Source: an uncultured Spirochaetota bacterium (GTDB lineage Bacteria > Spirochaetota > Spirochaetia > SZUA-6 > Fen-1364). Taken from it: 64,000 nt of DNA. The stretch's first letter is position 1. Every line of letters starts with the position of its first letter. Below the pieces are notes generated by a model. That model searched no databases and was not told the DNA's origin. It saw nothing but the letters and a program-made list of their open reading frames with translations. Shown piece by piece: positions 30,613 to 40,078 of the stretch. The stretch covers positions 1 to 64,000 of the forward strand of contig CAWAHW010000003.1 in assembly GCA_963781885.1 (NCBI GenBank). Direction: 5' to 3'. The position numbers and the translations under genes are program-made.

Positions 30613-31808
30613 ACGATGTCCCGCAACGCGGAGAGCAGGCGCTCGATCTCGGCGTGCGTGTTGAAGACCTGCGTGGAAGCGCGCACCGTGCCGGCACGCC
30701 GCAGCCGGTCGTGGAGGATGTGCGCGCAGTGGTAGCCGCCGCTCACGAGCACCTGGTGCCGGTCGCAGAGAAGCCGGGCAAGGGATTCCGGACTGATACC
30801 GGGGAAATCGACGCTGAACGTGGCAAGCCCGATGCGGCGGGAAAGGGGCGCTCCCCCCGCGATGATGAACACGCCGGGGATTTCCCGCAGGCCCTCCACG
30901 AGATGCTTTCCCAGGGAAAGGGAATGCTCCAGGACGGCCTGCATGCCCAGGCCGCGCAGCCACATGACGGCCGCCCCGAGGCCGATTGCTCCCTCGATGT
31001 TCGGGGTGCCGGCCTCGAAGCGCTGCGGCACGTCGTCCGGCTCGAAACCGTCCTCACCGTGGCGCCGCACCATCCCGCCGCCCGTCTGATAGAGCCCCAG
31101 GCGCGCGAGGCGCTCGCGCTTGCCGTAGAGGACGCCGATGCCGGAGGGCCCCAGAAGCTTGTGGCCGGAAAGCACGAGGTAGTCGCAGTCCAGCGCGCGC
31201 ACGTCGATGGGCATGTGACCGGCGCTCTGTGAGGCGTCCACAAGCACGGGCAGGCCGCGCGCGTGTCCCGCGTCGACCCAGTGCCGCACCGGTGCGATCA
31301 CCCCGGTGGTGTTGGGGACCTGCGCCAGGGCGAGCAGGCGCGTGCGCGGCGTGATCGACTGCTCCACCGCGTCATAGAAGGGCAACCCGTCCTCTGCAAG
31401 CGCGACGGGCACGGCCCGCGCGTGCATGCGCCACGGCAGGAAGTTGGAATGATGCTCCAGCGCCGTGATGAGCACCTCGTCGTCGGGCCCGAGACCGCTG
31501 CCGGCGGCGACCATGTTGATGCCTTCCGTGCTGTTGCGGGTGAAGACGATCTCCGCGGGGGAGGCGTTGAGGAATGAGGCGATCTCCCGGCGCGCCCCCT
31601 CGTATGCCTCCGTCACCTCGTCCGCCAGGACGTGCACGCCGCGGTGCACGTTCGCGGTGGACTCGCGGTAGAGCCTGGTTACCGCGTCGATGACGCATTG
31701 CGGCTTGGGCGTTGTCGACGCGCTGTCCAGGTACACGATGGGGCTCCCGTCGATCGTGCGGCTGAGGAGCGGGAATTCCTTCCGCGTGTAGGCAAGTGGA
31801 TCGCTCAT
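30606..31808 (-). CDS. SufS/CsdA-like class V PLP enzyme (cysteine desulfurase family)
   Basis: YLDSASTT, ANVHRG, EHHSN, SGHK (PLP Lys), FEAGTP, SGGYHCAH. Confidence 0.9.
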   Translation of the reverse strand: MSDPLAYTRKEFPLLSRTIDGSPIVYLDSASTTPKPQCVIDAVTRLYRESTANVHRGVHVLADEVTEAYEGARREIASFLNASPAEIVFTRNSTEGINMVAAGSGLGPDDEVLITALEHHSNFLPWRMHARAVPVALAEDGLPFYDAVEQSITPRTRLLALAQVPNTTGVIAPVRHWVDAGHARGLPVLVDASQSAGHMPIDVRALDCDYLVLSGHKLLGPSGIGVLYGKRERLARLGLYQTGGGMVRRHGEDGFEPDDVPQRFEAGTPNIEGAIGLGAAVMWLRGLGMQAVLEHSLSLGKHLVEGLREIPGVFIIAGGAPLSRRIGLATFSVDFPGISPESLARLLCDRHQVLVSGGYHCAHILHDRLRRAGTVRASTQVFNTHAEIERLLSALRDIVC

Positions 31809-33082
31809 GCAAAAAGCCCCGCGGGATCCATGGCACATGCCGTCCGCGCCAGGCGGAACTTGCCTGATTGCTCGGGGGAGAGGGACGGCTCCCGCCGCAT
31901 CTCGATCGACGTCGCGGGGCCGTACACGTCCCGCAGCGCCTGCAGGCAGCCGGGCTCCACTTCCTGTTCCCCTCCGGCGACGTAGCGGAAGAGCAGGACG
32001 CCTATGGCTGCCTGTTCCACCTGGTAGCCCTGCAGGCACTCCACGACCGCCAGCGCGTCATCCAGGCGCTTCAACGTCACCAGCCGTCCGTCGCCGTTGA
32101 AGGTGGCATCCTGCAGACGGCCTTCTATTGCATCGAGTGCAAGCCCGTCCGCCCGTCCGCACGCGCAGGGCTCCGCGCGCACGCGCCCAAGGTCGCCGAC
32201 GTCGAAACGTAGCAGCGTGAACCAGCGGTTGTCCAGCGTGCTGACGAGCAGTCTGCCGACCCCGGGGTCGCCCCGGTCCGGCCGCAGCGGCTGGACCTCC
32301 ACGTAACAGGTGGCCGTGTTCTGGTGAAATGTTCCTTCGCCGCACTGCGTGAAGACGTGACCGGTCTCCGTGGAGCCATATGAGCTCACCACGGGCACGC
32401 GGGGAAATGCCCGCGCAATCTCCCGATAGTGGATGCATGACGGAAACTCATACGTGAGCACGATGCAGAGCGGCTGGTGGAGGCCGAGCCCCGCCTGCGT
32501 CGCCGCCCGCGCGAACAGGCAGAGGTAGGCGGGGTCGGCCTCGAGCACCTCCGGGTGGAAGATGCCCAGCTCATGCGCCATGCGCCGGATCTGATCCTCG
32601 TCCCACGCCGTCGGGTCGAGCGACTGGTTGAGAAAGAGCAGGTTGCCCAGGGTTCGTTCCTCCATCGAGGCATCCCCCAAATGGCAGAGACTGCCCGCGC
32701 AGACGGGCGTGGTGAGAACCGCCTCCCGGTGGGGCGCGCTGAATGCCCGCGCGAGGGCGGGGTGAATGCGCGCGGCTTCCCGTTCGGATCTGTCCCACCA
32801 GGGCTGGTGCCAGACGACCGACGCGCGGTCGCCCCCCGTCCCGCTCGTCGTCACGATCTCCACGTCGCCCGACGCGAAGCCCGCCTCGCAGGACCTCGTC
32901 TCGTCCATGAATCCGCGGGGGACGTGGGCGCGAAGGTCGCGCTTGGTGAGCACGGGAAGCGCGGCGAGCCTTTTCTCGAACGGGAGAGACGGGCCGGGGT
33001 CGGCCTTCCGCCACGCGCGGTAGAAGGGCACACGGTCCAGGGCGCGATCGAGTGTCGACGTGCATCGATCGAGAGAGGACAC
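31805..33082 (-). CDS. PaaK-like (phenylacetate-CoA ligase family) adenylate-forming enzyme
   Basis: TTSGTGG, YGSTETG, LLRFDVGD, EGR, SGKFR; start uncertain (GTG 33082 or ATT 33094). Confidence 0.82.
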   Translation of the reverse strand: MSSLDRCTSTLDRALDRVPFYRAWRKADPGPSLPFEKRLAALPVLTKRDLRAHVPRGFMDETRSCEAGFASGDVEIVTTSGTGGDRASVVWHQPWWDRSEREAARIHPALARAFSAPHREAVLTTPVCAGSLCHLGDASMEERTLGNLLFLNQSLDPTAWDEDQIRRMAHELGIFHPEVLEADPAYLCLFARAATQAGLGLHQPLCIVLTYEFPSCIHYREIARAFPRVPVVSSYGSTETGHVFTQCGEGTFHQNTATCYVEVQPLRPDRGDPGVGRLLVSTLDNRWFTLLRFDVGDLGRVRAEPCACGRADGLALDAIEGRLQDATFNGDGRLVTLKRLDDALAVVECLQGYQVEQAAIGVLLFRYVAGGEQEVEPGCLQALRDVYGPATSIEMRREPSLSPEQSGKFRLARTACAMDPAGLFA

Positions 33083-33183
33083 CGTCAGGGAAATGGCCTG
33101 CCTCCTCCTGCTGGCATGATGGGGCGCGTGTCTGCGTGCGCCATGAACATATCCAAAACAGGGCGCCCGATCTATCCCCGGCG

Positions 33184-33212
33184 TTGACCCGCCCGCGCGG
33201 CTTTCGTACCTT
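33184..33212 (+). promoter_or_regulatory. Sigma70-like promoter of bcp
   Basis: TTGACC-17 nt-TACCTT followed by GGAGG RBS. Confidence 0.55.
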
Positions 33213-33229
33213 TTTGTCGGAGGACATCG

Positions 33230-33712
33230 ATGGACGTCGTACTTTCCCCGGGCCAGAAGGCGCCCGATTTCACACTCATGGACCAGGACGGCAGGACGGA
33301 AAAGCTCTCCGCTCACCGCGGGAAAAAGGTCCTGATCTATTTCTACCCCAAGGCGGACACCCCAGGATGCACGACCCAGTCCTGCGCCGTGCGCGATGCG
33401 CGGCAGGACATGAAGAAGCTCGGCGTCGACGTCCTGGGCATCAGCCCGGATGCACCCGAGGCGCAGAAGAAGTTCGACGTGAAGTATTCCCTCGATTTCC
33501 CCCTGCTCGCCGATGAAGACCACGCCGTCGCAGAAGCCTACGGGGTCTGGGGTGAGAAGACCAACTACGGCAAGACCTATATGGGCATCATCCGCTCGTC
33601 CTTCCTCGTGGACGAGAAGGGCGTCGTGCAGCGCGCCTGGTACAAGGTGAAGCCGGAGGACACCGTTCCGCTTGCGCGCGCGGCGCTGGAGGAGCTTGCC
33701 GCCGCACGGTAG
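33230..33712 (+). CDS. bcp: Thioredoxin-dependent thiol peroxidase (BCP/PrxQ)
   Basis: YFYPKADTPGCTTQSC. Confidence 0.94.
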   Translation: MDVVLSPGQKAPDFTLMDQDGRTEKLSAHRGKKVLIYFYPKADTPGCTTQSCAVRDARQDMKKLGVDVLGISPDAPEAQKKFDVKYSLDFPLLADEDHAVAEAYGVWGEKTNYGKTYMGIIRSSFLVDEKGVVQRAWYKVKPEDTVPLARAALEELAAAR

Positions 33713-33721
33713 GGCGCGCGC

Positions 33722-35299
33722 CTATTCGATGAAGTGGCAGCCCAGCGATCTCCCGTTTGAGGCCGCGGCGCCGACGATGAGCTGCGCGGCCACCACCGCG
33801 TTGCGCAGCTCGATGATGGAGCGGCTCACCGCGGCCTGTCGGTAGAACTTCTCGATCCTGTGCCCCAGGTAGTTCAGGTCCGCCTGCGCCCGCTCCAGGC
33901 GCTTGGCCGTGCGGATGATGCCGGCATAGTTCCACATCGTCGACTGGATGCTCACCATGTCCTGCTGGATGAGGACGGGGTCGAACTCTTCCATCGGCGT
34001 GGGGGATACCCAGGTGGGGATGTTTCGCTTCAGCTGTGCGGAGAGGGGGGAGAGGTTGCGCGCCGCGTCGATGCCCGCCGCGCGGCCGAAGTAGAGGCCC
34101 TCCAGCAGCGACACCGAGGCGAGCCGGTTCGCGCCGTGCACGCCGGTGCATGCCGTCTCCCCTGCCGCGTAGAGCCCGGGAACGGAGGTGCGCCCGGTGA
34201 GACCGACCTTGATGCCGCCGCAGAAATAGTGCGCCGCCGGCACGACGGGGATCGGCTCGCGACGGATGTCCAGGCCCACGCTCATGCAGGTCTGGAAGAT
34301 GCCCGGGAAGCGCTCCTCCAGCGGGGAGCCGTCGGCGCTGCGCGCGTCCAGCAGCAGGTAGTCGGTGCCCGCGTTCTCCATCTCCCGGTACATGGCGCGG
34401 GAGACCTCGTCGCGCGGGGCGAGGTCGGCGCGCGCGGGGTCGTACTTCTTCATGAAGCGCTCGCCCTGGTGGTTGATGAGGTGCGCCCCTTCGCCCCGCA
34501 GCGCCTCGGAGATGAGGAACCTCTTCACGTCGCGATGGAAGAGCACGGTGGGATGGAACTGGATGTATTCCGCGTTGATGATCTCCGCCCCGACGCGGCT
34601 TGCCATTGCCAGGCCGTCGCCCGTCGCGCAGGGAGGGTTGGACGTATGGAGGAAGAGGTTGCCGACGCCGCCCGTTGCCAGAAGAACCGCGGGCGCGAAA
34701 AAGGCCTTCACCTCGTTCGCTGCCGAGTCCCAGAGATAGGCGCCGATCACCCGCGTACGGCGGTATCGCTCCTGCGAATCGTTGGAGTTGTGGGTGTTGG
34801 TGATCAGGTCGATGGCCGCGTGCGCCGGGAAGAGCTGGATGCGCGCGTTGCCTTTCACCGCTGCCGCGAGTGACGTTTCGATGGCATGCCCGGTGGTGTC
34901 CTTGGAGTAGTAGATGCGGCGCACGGAATGAGCCGCCTCCTGCGTCCGCGCGGGTCTGCCGCTGCCGTCCTTCGTAAAGGGAACGCCGAGCCGGCGCACG
35001 AGCATGTCGTCCACGAGCGCGGGACCTTCGGCGGCCAGCAGCTCCACCGCCTCGCGGCAGTTCAGCCCGTCTCCCGCCACCGTGATGTCCTGCGTGAGGA
35101 GGCCGGGGGAGTCTCCCTCGCCGGCGGCGACGATCCCGCCCTGGGCATAGCGGGTGTTGCACTCCTCCAGCAGCGCCTCCTTGGAGACGAGCGCCACGGC
35201 GCGTCCCTCCTCCGCGGCGGCGAGCGCGGCCGTCATGCCCGCGATGCCGGAACCGATGATGATGAGGTCGAACTCGTAGACAGGATCGCGCGGCACCAT
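33722..35299 (-). CDS. nadB: L-aspartate oxidase
   Basis: GSGIAG, AQGGI, QFHPT, LISEALRGEG, AHYFCGG, HGANRLAS; adjacent to nadC. Confidence 0.95.
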   Translation of the reverse strand: MVPRDPVYEFDLIIIGSGIAGMTAALAAAEEGRAVALVSKEALLEECNTRYAQGGIVAAGEGDSPGLLTQDITVAGDGLNCREAVELLAAEGPALVDDMLVRRLGVPFTKDGSGRPARTQEAAHSVRRIYYSKDTTGHAIETSLAAAVKGNARIQLFPAHAAIDLITNTHNSNDSQERYRRTRVIGAYLWDSAANEVKAFFAPAVLLATGGVGNLFLHTSNPPCATGDGLAMASRVGAEIINAEYIQFHPTVLFHRDVKRFLISEALRGEGAHLINHQGERFMKKYDPARADLAPRDEVSRAMYREMENAGTDYLLLDARSADGSPLEERFPGIFQTCMSVGLDIRREPIPVVPAAHYFCGGIKVGLTGRTSVPGLYAAGETACTGVHGANRLASVSLLEGLYFGRAAGIDAARNLSPLSAQLKRNIPTWVSPTPMEEFDPVLIQQDMVSIQSTMWNYAGIIRTAKRLERAQADLNYLGHRIEKFYRQAAVSRSIIELRNAVVAAQLIVGAAASNGRSLGCHFIE

Positions 35300-35308
35300 A
35301 CGTCCTTT

Positions 35309-36142
35309 CTAGTCGATCTTCAGCGAGAAATCGAACGACCGCACGGAATGGGTGAGGGCCCCGACGGAGATGTAGTCCACGCCCGCGGCGCTCGCCGCCG
35401 GAACGGTGTCCGCGTTCATGGCACCCGATGCCTCCACCTTGGCGCGGCCCGCGATGCGCCGCACCTGTTCCCGCATCCTGTCGGGATCCATGTTGTCCAG
35501 CATGATGATGTCCGCCCCCGCGTCCAGCGCATCCTCCACCTCGGCGTCGTTGCGGCATTCCACCTCCACGGTGAAACGCGTGCCCCATTTGTCGCGCACG
35601 CGGCGCACCGCCGCGGCGATGGAGCCGGCCGCATCGATGTGGTTGTCCTTGATGAGGATCATGTCGTAGAGGCCCTGGCGGTGATTCTTCCCGCCGCCCA
35701 CCGTCACGGCGTACTTGGAAAGCGCCCGCCACCCGGGGAGCGTCTTCCGCGTGTCGAGGATGACGGCATGCCCGGAATCCCGGGCCAGCGCCGCCAGCGT
35801 GTGCGTGGCAGTGGCGATGCCCGACAGGAAGGAGATGAAGTTCAGCGCCGTCCGCTCACCCGCCAGGAGGGAACCGGTCTTCCCGCGGACGCCCGCAACC
35901 CGGTCCCCCTTGCGCAGCGCCGCCCCGTCGTGCATCGAAAAGCTCACCGTGGTTGTCGGATCGATCTGGCGGAACACGGCGCTGAAGACCGCTTCGCCCG
36001 CAAGGATGCCGGTGTCCTTGCTCCATAGCGCGGCCGCGCCTTTTTCGTCGGGGACCACGGCCTGCGACGTGATGTCGCCGGGATTTGCCAGGTCTTCCTT
36101 CAAAGCCATTGCTATCAGCGGCAGGTAGTCACTTTCCACCAT
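35309..36142 (-). CDS. nadC: Quinolinate phosphoribosyltransferase
   Basis: ERTALN, DTRKTLPG, HRQGL, IKDNH, MLDN, ISVGALTH. ATG 36142 preferred because a -10 (TATTCT) lies 7 nt upstream; TTG 36178 is possible. Confidence 0.94.
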   Translation of the reverse strand: MVESDYLPLIAMALKEDLANPGDITSQAVVPDEKGAAALWSKDTGILAGEAVFSAVFRQIDPTTTVSFSMHDGAALRKGDRVAGVRGKTGSLLAGERTALNFISFLSGIATATHTLAALARDSGHAVILDTRKTLPGWRALSKYAVTVGGGKNHRQGLYDMILIKDNHIDAAGSIAAAVRRVRDKWGTRFTVEVECRNDAEVEDALDAGADIIMLDNMDPDRMREQVRRIAGRAKVEASGAMNADTVPAASAAGVDYISVGALTHSVRSFDFSLKID

Positions 36143-36199
36143 GCTGTCAAGAATAAGTCGCAGCTTTTCGGGGATCAAGTGGTCGCGTCCTGGGACGGC

Positions 36200-37099
36200 C
36201 TACTCCCGCAGCGGCACCAGGAGGAACGGGACGCGGGCGCGGGAGACGACGCGCGCGGCAACGCTGCCTTCCCAGAAGGCATCGGTGCCGGCGCGTCCAT
36301 GGGTGCCCATGACGATTAGGTTCGCCGAAAGCCGCCGCGCCGTTCGTACGATCGCGCGCGCCGGGTCCCCGCGGGAGGTTTCTGTTCCCGTCGTGATGCC
36401 CTTCTGCTGGAACGGCAGGGCCGCTCCCTGGAGATACTCCTGGGCGCCCGCGCTTTCCATTTCCAGTTTCAGGCGGGTGGCTCCCGGCAGGAGCGTGCTG
36501 GTCCACTTCTCCGAGCCGGTGAGCTCCGCGACATGCGGCGTGACCATGAGGAGGTGGAGCGTGCACCCGAATGCCGCGGCCAGGTCCCCGGCGATGGGCA
36601 GGCCCTTCTCGTGGGAAGGGTTCCCGTCCACCGGCGCGAGGATCAGGTGCCAGCCCTCCCGCGACCCGGCTTCTCCGTTCGGCCAGACCAGGAGCACCGG
36701 GGTGGCGCCCAGGCCGATGACCTGCTGGGCCATGCTGCCCGAAAACAGCCGGCGCGCGCCCCCGCGGCCGTGCGTGCTCATGACAACCAGGTCCGGGGCG
36801 AGCTCCGCCGTATGCTCCGTGATGCTGCGCGCGACGTCACGCACCTCGGCCTCATGGACGTGGGTCTGCACGGAAAGCCCCGCGCAGATCGGTCGGCGTG
36901 ACACCTCGGTGAGGTAGGCGGCGGCCTCCCGCGGCGTCACGAGGTGGCGCTCGCTGTGGACCTCCGACGGGGCGTTTCTCTCGATGACATGCACGAGCGT
37001 GAGCGCCGCGTGGGTGCGCGCCGCGATGTCCGCCGCCATCGGCAGCGCCGATTCGGCCATGACGGAACCGTCCAAAGGAACAAGGAGGTGCGTGAACAT
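36200..37099 (-). CDS. Tandem universal stress protein
   Basis: Two USP units: LVPLDGS...MSTHGRGG and LAPVDG...MGTHGRAG. Confidence 0.9.
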   Translation of the reverse strand: MFTHLLVPLDGSVMAESALPMAADIAARTHAALTLVHVIERNAPSEVHSERHLVTPREAAAYLTEVSRRPICAGLSVQTHVHEAEVRDVARSITEHTAELAPDLVVMSTHGRGGARRLFSGSMAQQVIGLGATPVLLVWPNGEAGSREGWHLILAPVDGNPSHEKGLPIAGDLAAAFGCTLHLLMVTPHVAELTGSEKWTSTLLPGATRLKLEMESAGAQEYLQGAALPFQQKGITTGTETSRGDPARAIVRTARRLSANLIVMGTHGRAGTDAFWEGSVAARVVSRARVPFLLVPLRE

Positions 37100-37103
37100 T
37101 GCA

Positions 37104-38390
37104 TCACCCTCCCACAAAGGTCTGGTAGAGGAGATAGACGTTAAGCGCCACGATCAGCGCGGCGGTGAGCCAGGCGAGGATGGTTGTCACTCCCTTGTTG
37201 ACCAGCACACCCATGATATCCCTGCGCTGCGTGAAAAGCACGAGCGGAATGATGGCGAAGGGAAGACCGAAGCTGAGGAATACCTGGCTGATGACGAGCG
37301 TGCGCGTCGGGTCGAGTCCGAGGAAGATGACGATCAGGGACGGCACCATGGTCATGAGCCTCCGTACCCACGAGGGGATGCGGCGCTTGAGGAAGCCCTG
37401 CATGATGACCTGGCCGGCCATGGTACCAACCGTGGAGGAAGACAATCCCGAGGCAAGAAGTGACACGCCGAAGACCCAGCTCGCCGCCTTGCCCAGCAGG
37501 GGCTCCAGCGTACGGTGCGCATCCACCAGGGAGCCCATGGTCGTGATGCCTTTCGCGAAAAACGTCGCGGCCGCCATGACGAGCATCGCCATGTTGATGA
37601 GCCCGGCCACTCCCATGGCGATGGTGACGTCGATCACTTCGAACCGCAGGAGCCGGCGCAGCTTCCCCGGGTCGCGCACGATGATGCGCTTCTGCGTGAG
37701 GGAGGAATGCAGGTAAATGGCATGCGGCATCACGGTCGCACCGAGTATCCCAACGGCCAGGAGCACGCTTTCGGGTCCCTGGAGCTGCGGGACCACCATG
37801 TGAAAGAGAACCTGTCCCATGGGGGGCTTGTCGAGGATGGTCTCCACGAGATAGCTCACGGCGATGACGCCGACAAAGCCGCTGATCACCGCCTCCAGCG
37901 GCCGGAACCCGAATCGCTCGAGGCCGAGGATCAGGAATGTCACGATGCCCGTGATGATGCCCGCGATCCACAGGGGCACACCCAGGAGGATGTAGAACCC
38001 CAGCGCGGCGCCGAGGAACTCGGCGAGGTCCGTGGCCATTGCCACGATCTCCGCGAGCAGCCACATACCGACCACCACGGGCCGGCGGAACTGTTCGCGG
38101 CAATGCTCGGCAAGATTCTTCCCCGAGGCGATGCCGAGCTTCGCCGAAAGGGTCTGGACGAGCATGGCGATGAGGTTGGATACAAAAATCACCCAGAGGA
38201 GCATCAGCCCGTACTGCGCCCCGCCCGAGATGTTCGTGGCAAAGTTGCCGGGGTCCATGTAAGCGATGCTTGCGATGAACGCGGGTCCCAGGAAGGGAAG
38301 CAGGCGGCGCAGACGACTCTGTTTGCCTTTTCCCGCAAGGGTCTTCTTCGCGCTGGCAAGCGTCCGGCGGTCGCCCTGCTTCACCGTCAT
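37104..38390 (-). CDS. mntH: Nramp-family Mn2+/Fe2+ transporter
   Basis: YMDPGN and MPHAIYLHS motifs; many TM helices. Confidence 0.93.
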   Translation of the reverse strand: MTVKQGDRRTLASAKKTLAGKGKQSRLRRLLPFLGPAFIASIAYMDPGNFATNISGGAQYGLMLLWVIFVSNLIAMLVQTLSAKLGIASGKNLAEHCREQFRRPVVVGMWLLAEIVAMATDLAEFLGAALGFYILLGVPLWIAGIITGIVTFLILGLERFGFRPLEAVISGFVGVIAVSYLVETILDKPPMGQVLFHMVVPQLQGPESVLLAVGILGATVMPHAIYLHSSLTQKRIIVRDPGKLRRLLRFEVIDVTIAMGVAGLINMAMLVMAAATFFAKGITTMGSLVDAHRTLEPLLGKAASWVFGVSLLASGLSSSTVGTMAGQVIMQGFLKRRIPSWVRRLMTMVPSLIVIFLGLDPTRTLVISQVFLSFGLPFAIIPLVLFTQRRDIMGVLVNKGVTTILAWLTAALIVALNVYLLYQTFVGG

Positions 38391-38392
38391 TC

Positions 38393-39973
38393 CTACGTCC
38401 CCTCGGAGAGGTGCGCCTCCAGGCGCTCGATGCAGCGGGCGTATCCCAGGAGCGCGATGAAGCTGCCGATGCGCGGTCCCTGCGACTGGCCCAGAAAGAT
38501 GCGATAGAGGGTGCGAAACCAGTCCCGGCCCTTGATGTCCCGGTCCTTGGCCACCTGGAAGACGAGCGTCTGGAGGGAATCCGCGTCCGGCGCGCCGTCC
38601 GCCGCGGAAAGGCGCGCAAGCTCGTCGCGCAGCGCGCCGACGGCCGCGTCTGCCGCGTGGTCGGCCTTCTCCGCGGTGCGCGTGGGCAGGAGCACCTCCC
38701 GGTAGTAGGTGAGGGCGTCCTCGATGAGCTGCTCGTAGTAGGCCACATTGCCCGCGATGTCCGGCTGGAACTTCAGGAGGTAGTCGCGCACCATGGCCGG
38801 GTCGTCCTGGTTGAGCGCGAGGATCAGCTCGAGGATGAGTGAATAGCTCACGCCCTTTCCTCCGCCGAGCTTGCCCGCGTGCGCCCCCTTGGAGAGGCGC
38901 GAGATGAACGGGACGGGCGAATCCTCCGAGCCGTCGTACTGGTCGACGAGCTCCAGGTACTGGTCGACGATCTCGGGCAGGATGGGCAGGCCCATCTTCT
39001 TGGCCTGCTGGGGCTTGCTGTACATGACGTAGAGGAGCGAATCGACCGGGGCGAATCGAAGCCACTGCTCGAGCGAGATGCCATTGCCGATCTTCTTGGA
39101 GATCTTCTTGCCCTTCTCGTCGAGAAAAAGCTCGTACTTGAAGAGCTCGGGCGGCTCGCCACCCAGGATCTTCACGATCCGGGAGGAAAGGCGCGCCGAG
39201 TCCAGGAGGTCCTCCCCGTGCATCTCGTAGTCGACGCCCAGCGAATACCAGCGCAGCGCCCAGTCCACCTTCCAGCCGACCTTGCATCGCCCGCCGAGCA
39301 CGCTCGTGTGGCCGGTGTGACCGCAGGCTTCGTAGCGACCCGCAAGCGGCGTGTCGCAGGCGTAGGCGACGCTGTGCGTCGCCCGGTCGAGCTCCGTCAC
39401 CCGGGTCGTGTAGACCCTGCCGCATTTTTCACAGATGGGGAAGAAGGGGCTCCAGGCGGCGCGCTTCTCCTCCGCGATGGTCGCCTTGAACAACGCGCTG
39501 ATCTCGTCGTAGTGCGTCATGATGCGCCGCAGGCCCTCGTCGAAGACGCCGGAGGCGTACTGCTCCGTGGAGGAGGCGAACTGGTAGCGGAACCCGTAGG
39601 AATCGAGGAATTCGCGCAGGCGCTTGTTCATATAGTGCGCGAATGACTTCTCCTCGCCGAAGGGATCGGGGATCGAGGTGAGGGGTTTTCCCAGGTGCGT
39701 CTTGAGCATCTCGGCGTTTGGCAGGTTGCGCGGAACGTCCCGAAGTCCGTCCATGTCGTCGGAAAAGGCGATGATCTTCGAGTCGATGCCCGGTTCCAGC
39801 GTTGCAAGGGCCTGGAGCACGAACGACGTGCGCGCCACCTCGCCGAACGTGCCGATGTGGGGCAGACCGGACGGGCCATAGCCTGTCTCCGCCGTCACCG
39901 CGCGGGTGCCGATCTTCGAAAGACGATCGATGATGCGCTGCGCCTCGACAAATGGCCATTCTTTGTGCGTCAT
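38393..39973 (-). CDS. lysS: Class I lysyl-tRNA synthetase
   Basis: [17 protein letters not shown] (HIGH-like), [21 protein letters not shown] (KMSKS-like), GPRIG. Confidence 0.94.
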   Translation of the reverse strand: MTHKEWPFVEAQRIIDRLSKIGTRAVTAETGYGPSGLPHIGTFGEVARTSFVLQALATLEPGIDSKIIAFSDDMDGLRDVPRNLPNAEMLKTHLGKPLTSIPDPFGEEKSFAHYMNKRLREFLDSYGFRYQFASSTEQYASGVFDEGLRRIMTHYDEISALFKATIAEEKRAAWSPFFPICEKCGRVYTTRVTELDRATHSVAYACDTPLAGRYEACGHTGHTSVLGGRCKVGWKVDWALRWYSLGVDYEMHGEDLLDSARLSSRIVKILGGEPPELFKYELFLDEKGKKISKKIGNGISLEQWLRFAPVDSLLYVMYSKPQQAKKMGLPILPEIVDQYLELVDQYDGSEDSPVPFISRLSKGAHAGKLGGGKGVSYSLILELILALNQDDPAMVRDYLLKFQPDIAGNVAYYEQLIEDALTYYREVLLPTRTAEKADHAADAAVGALRDELARLSAADGAPDADSLQTLVFQVAKDRDIKGRDWFRTLYRIFLGQSQGPRIGSFIALLGYARCIERLEAHLSEGT

Positions 39974-40078
39974 ACCGTACGACCTTCATATCCCTTTGCC
40001 CGGCCGGCAGTCAAGGACGGGGCGGAATTCAGTTGGCCCTCCCGATCATTGGAGTGTACTTTAGAGCCCAGGCAGATC

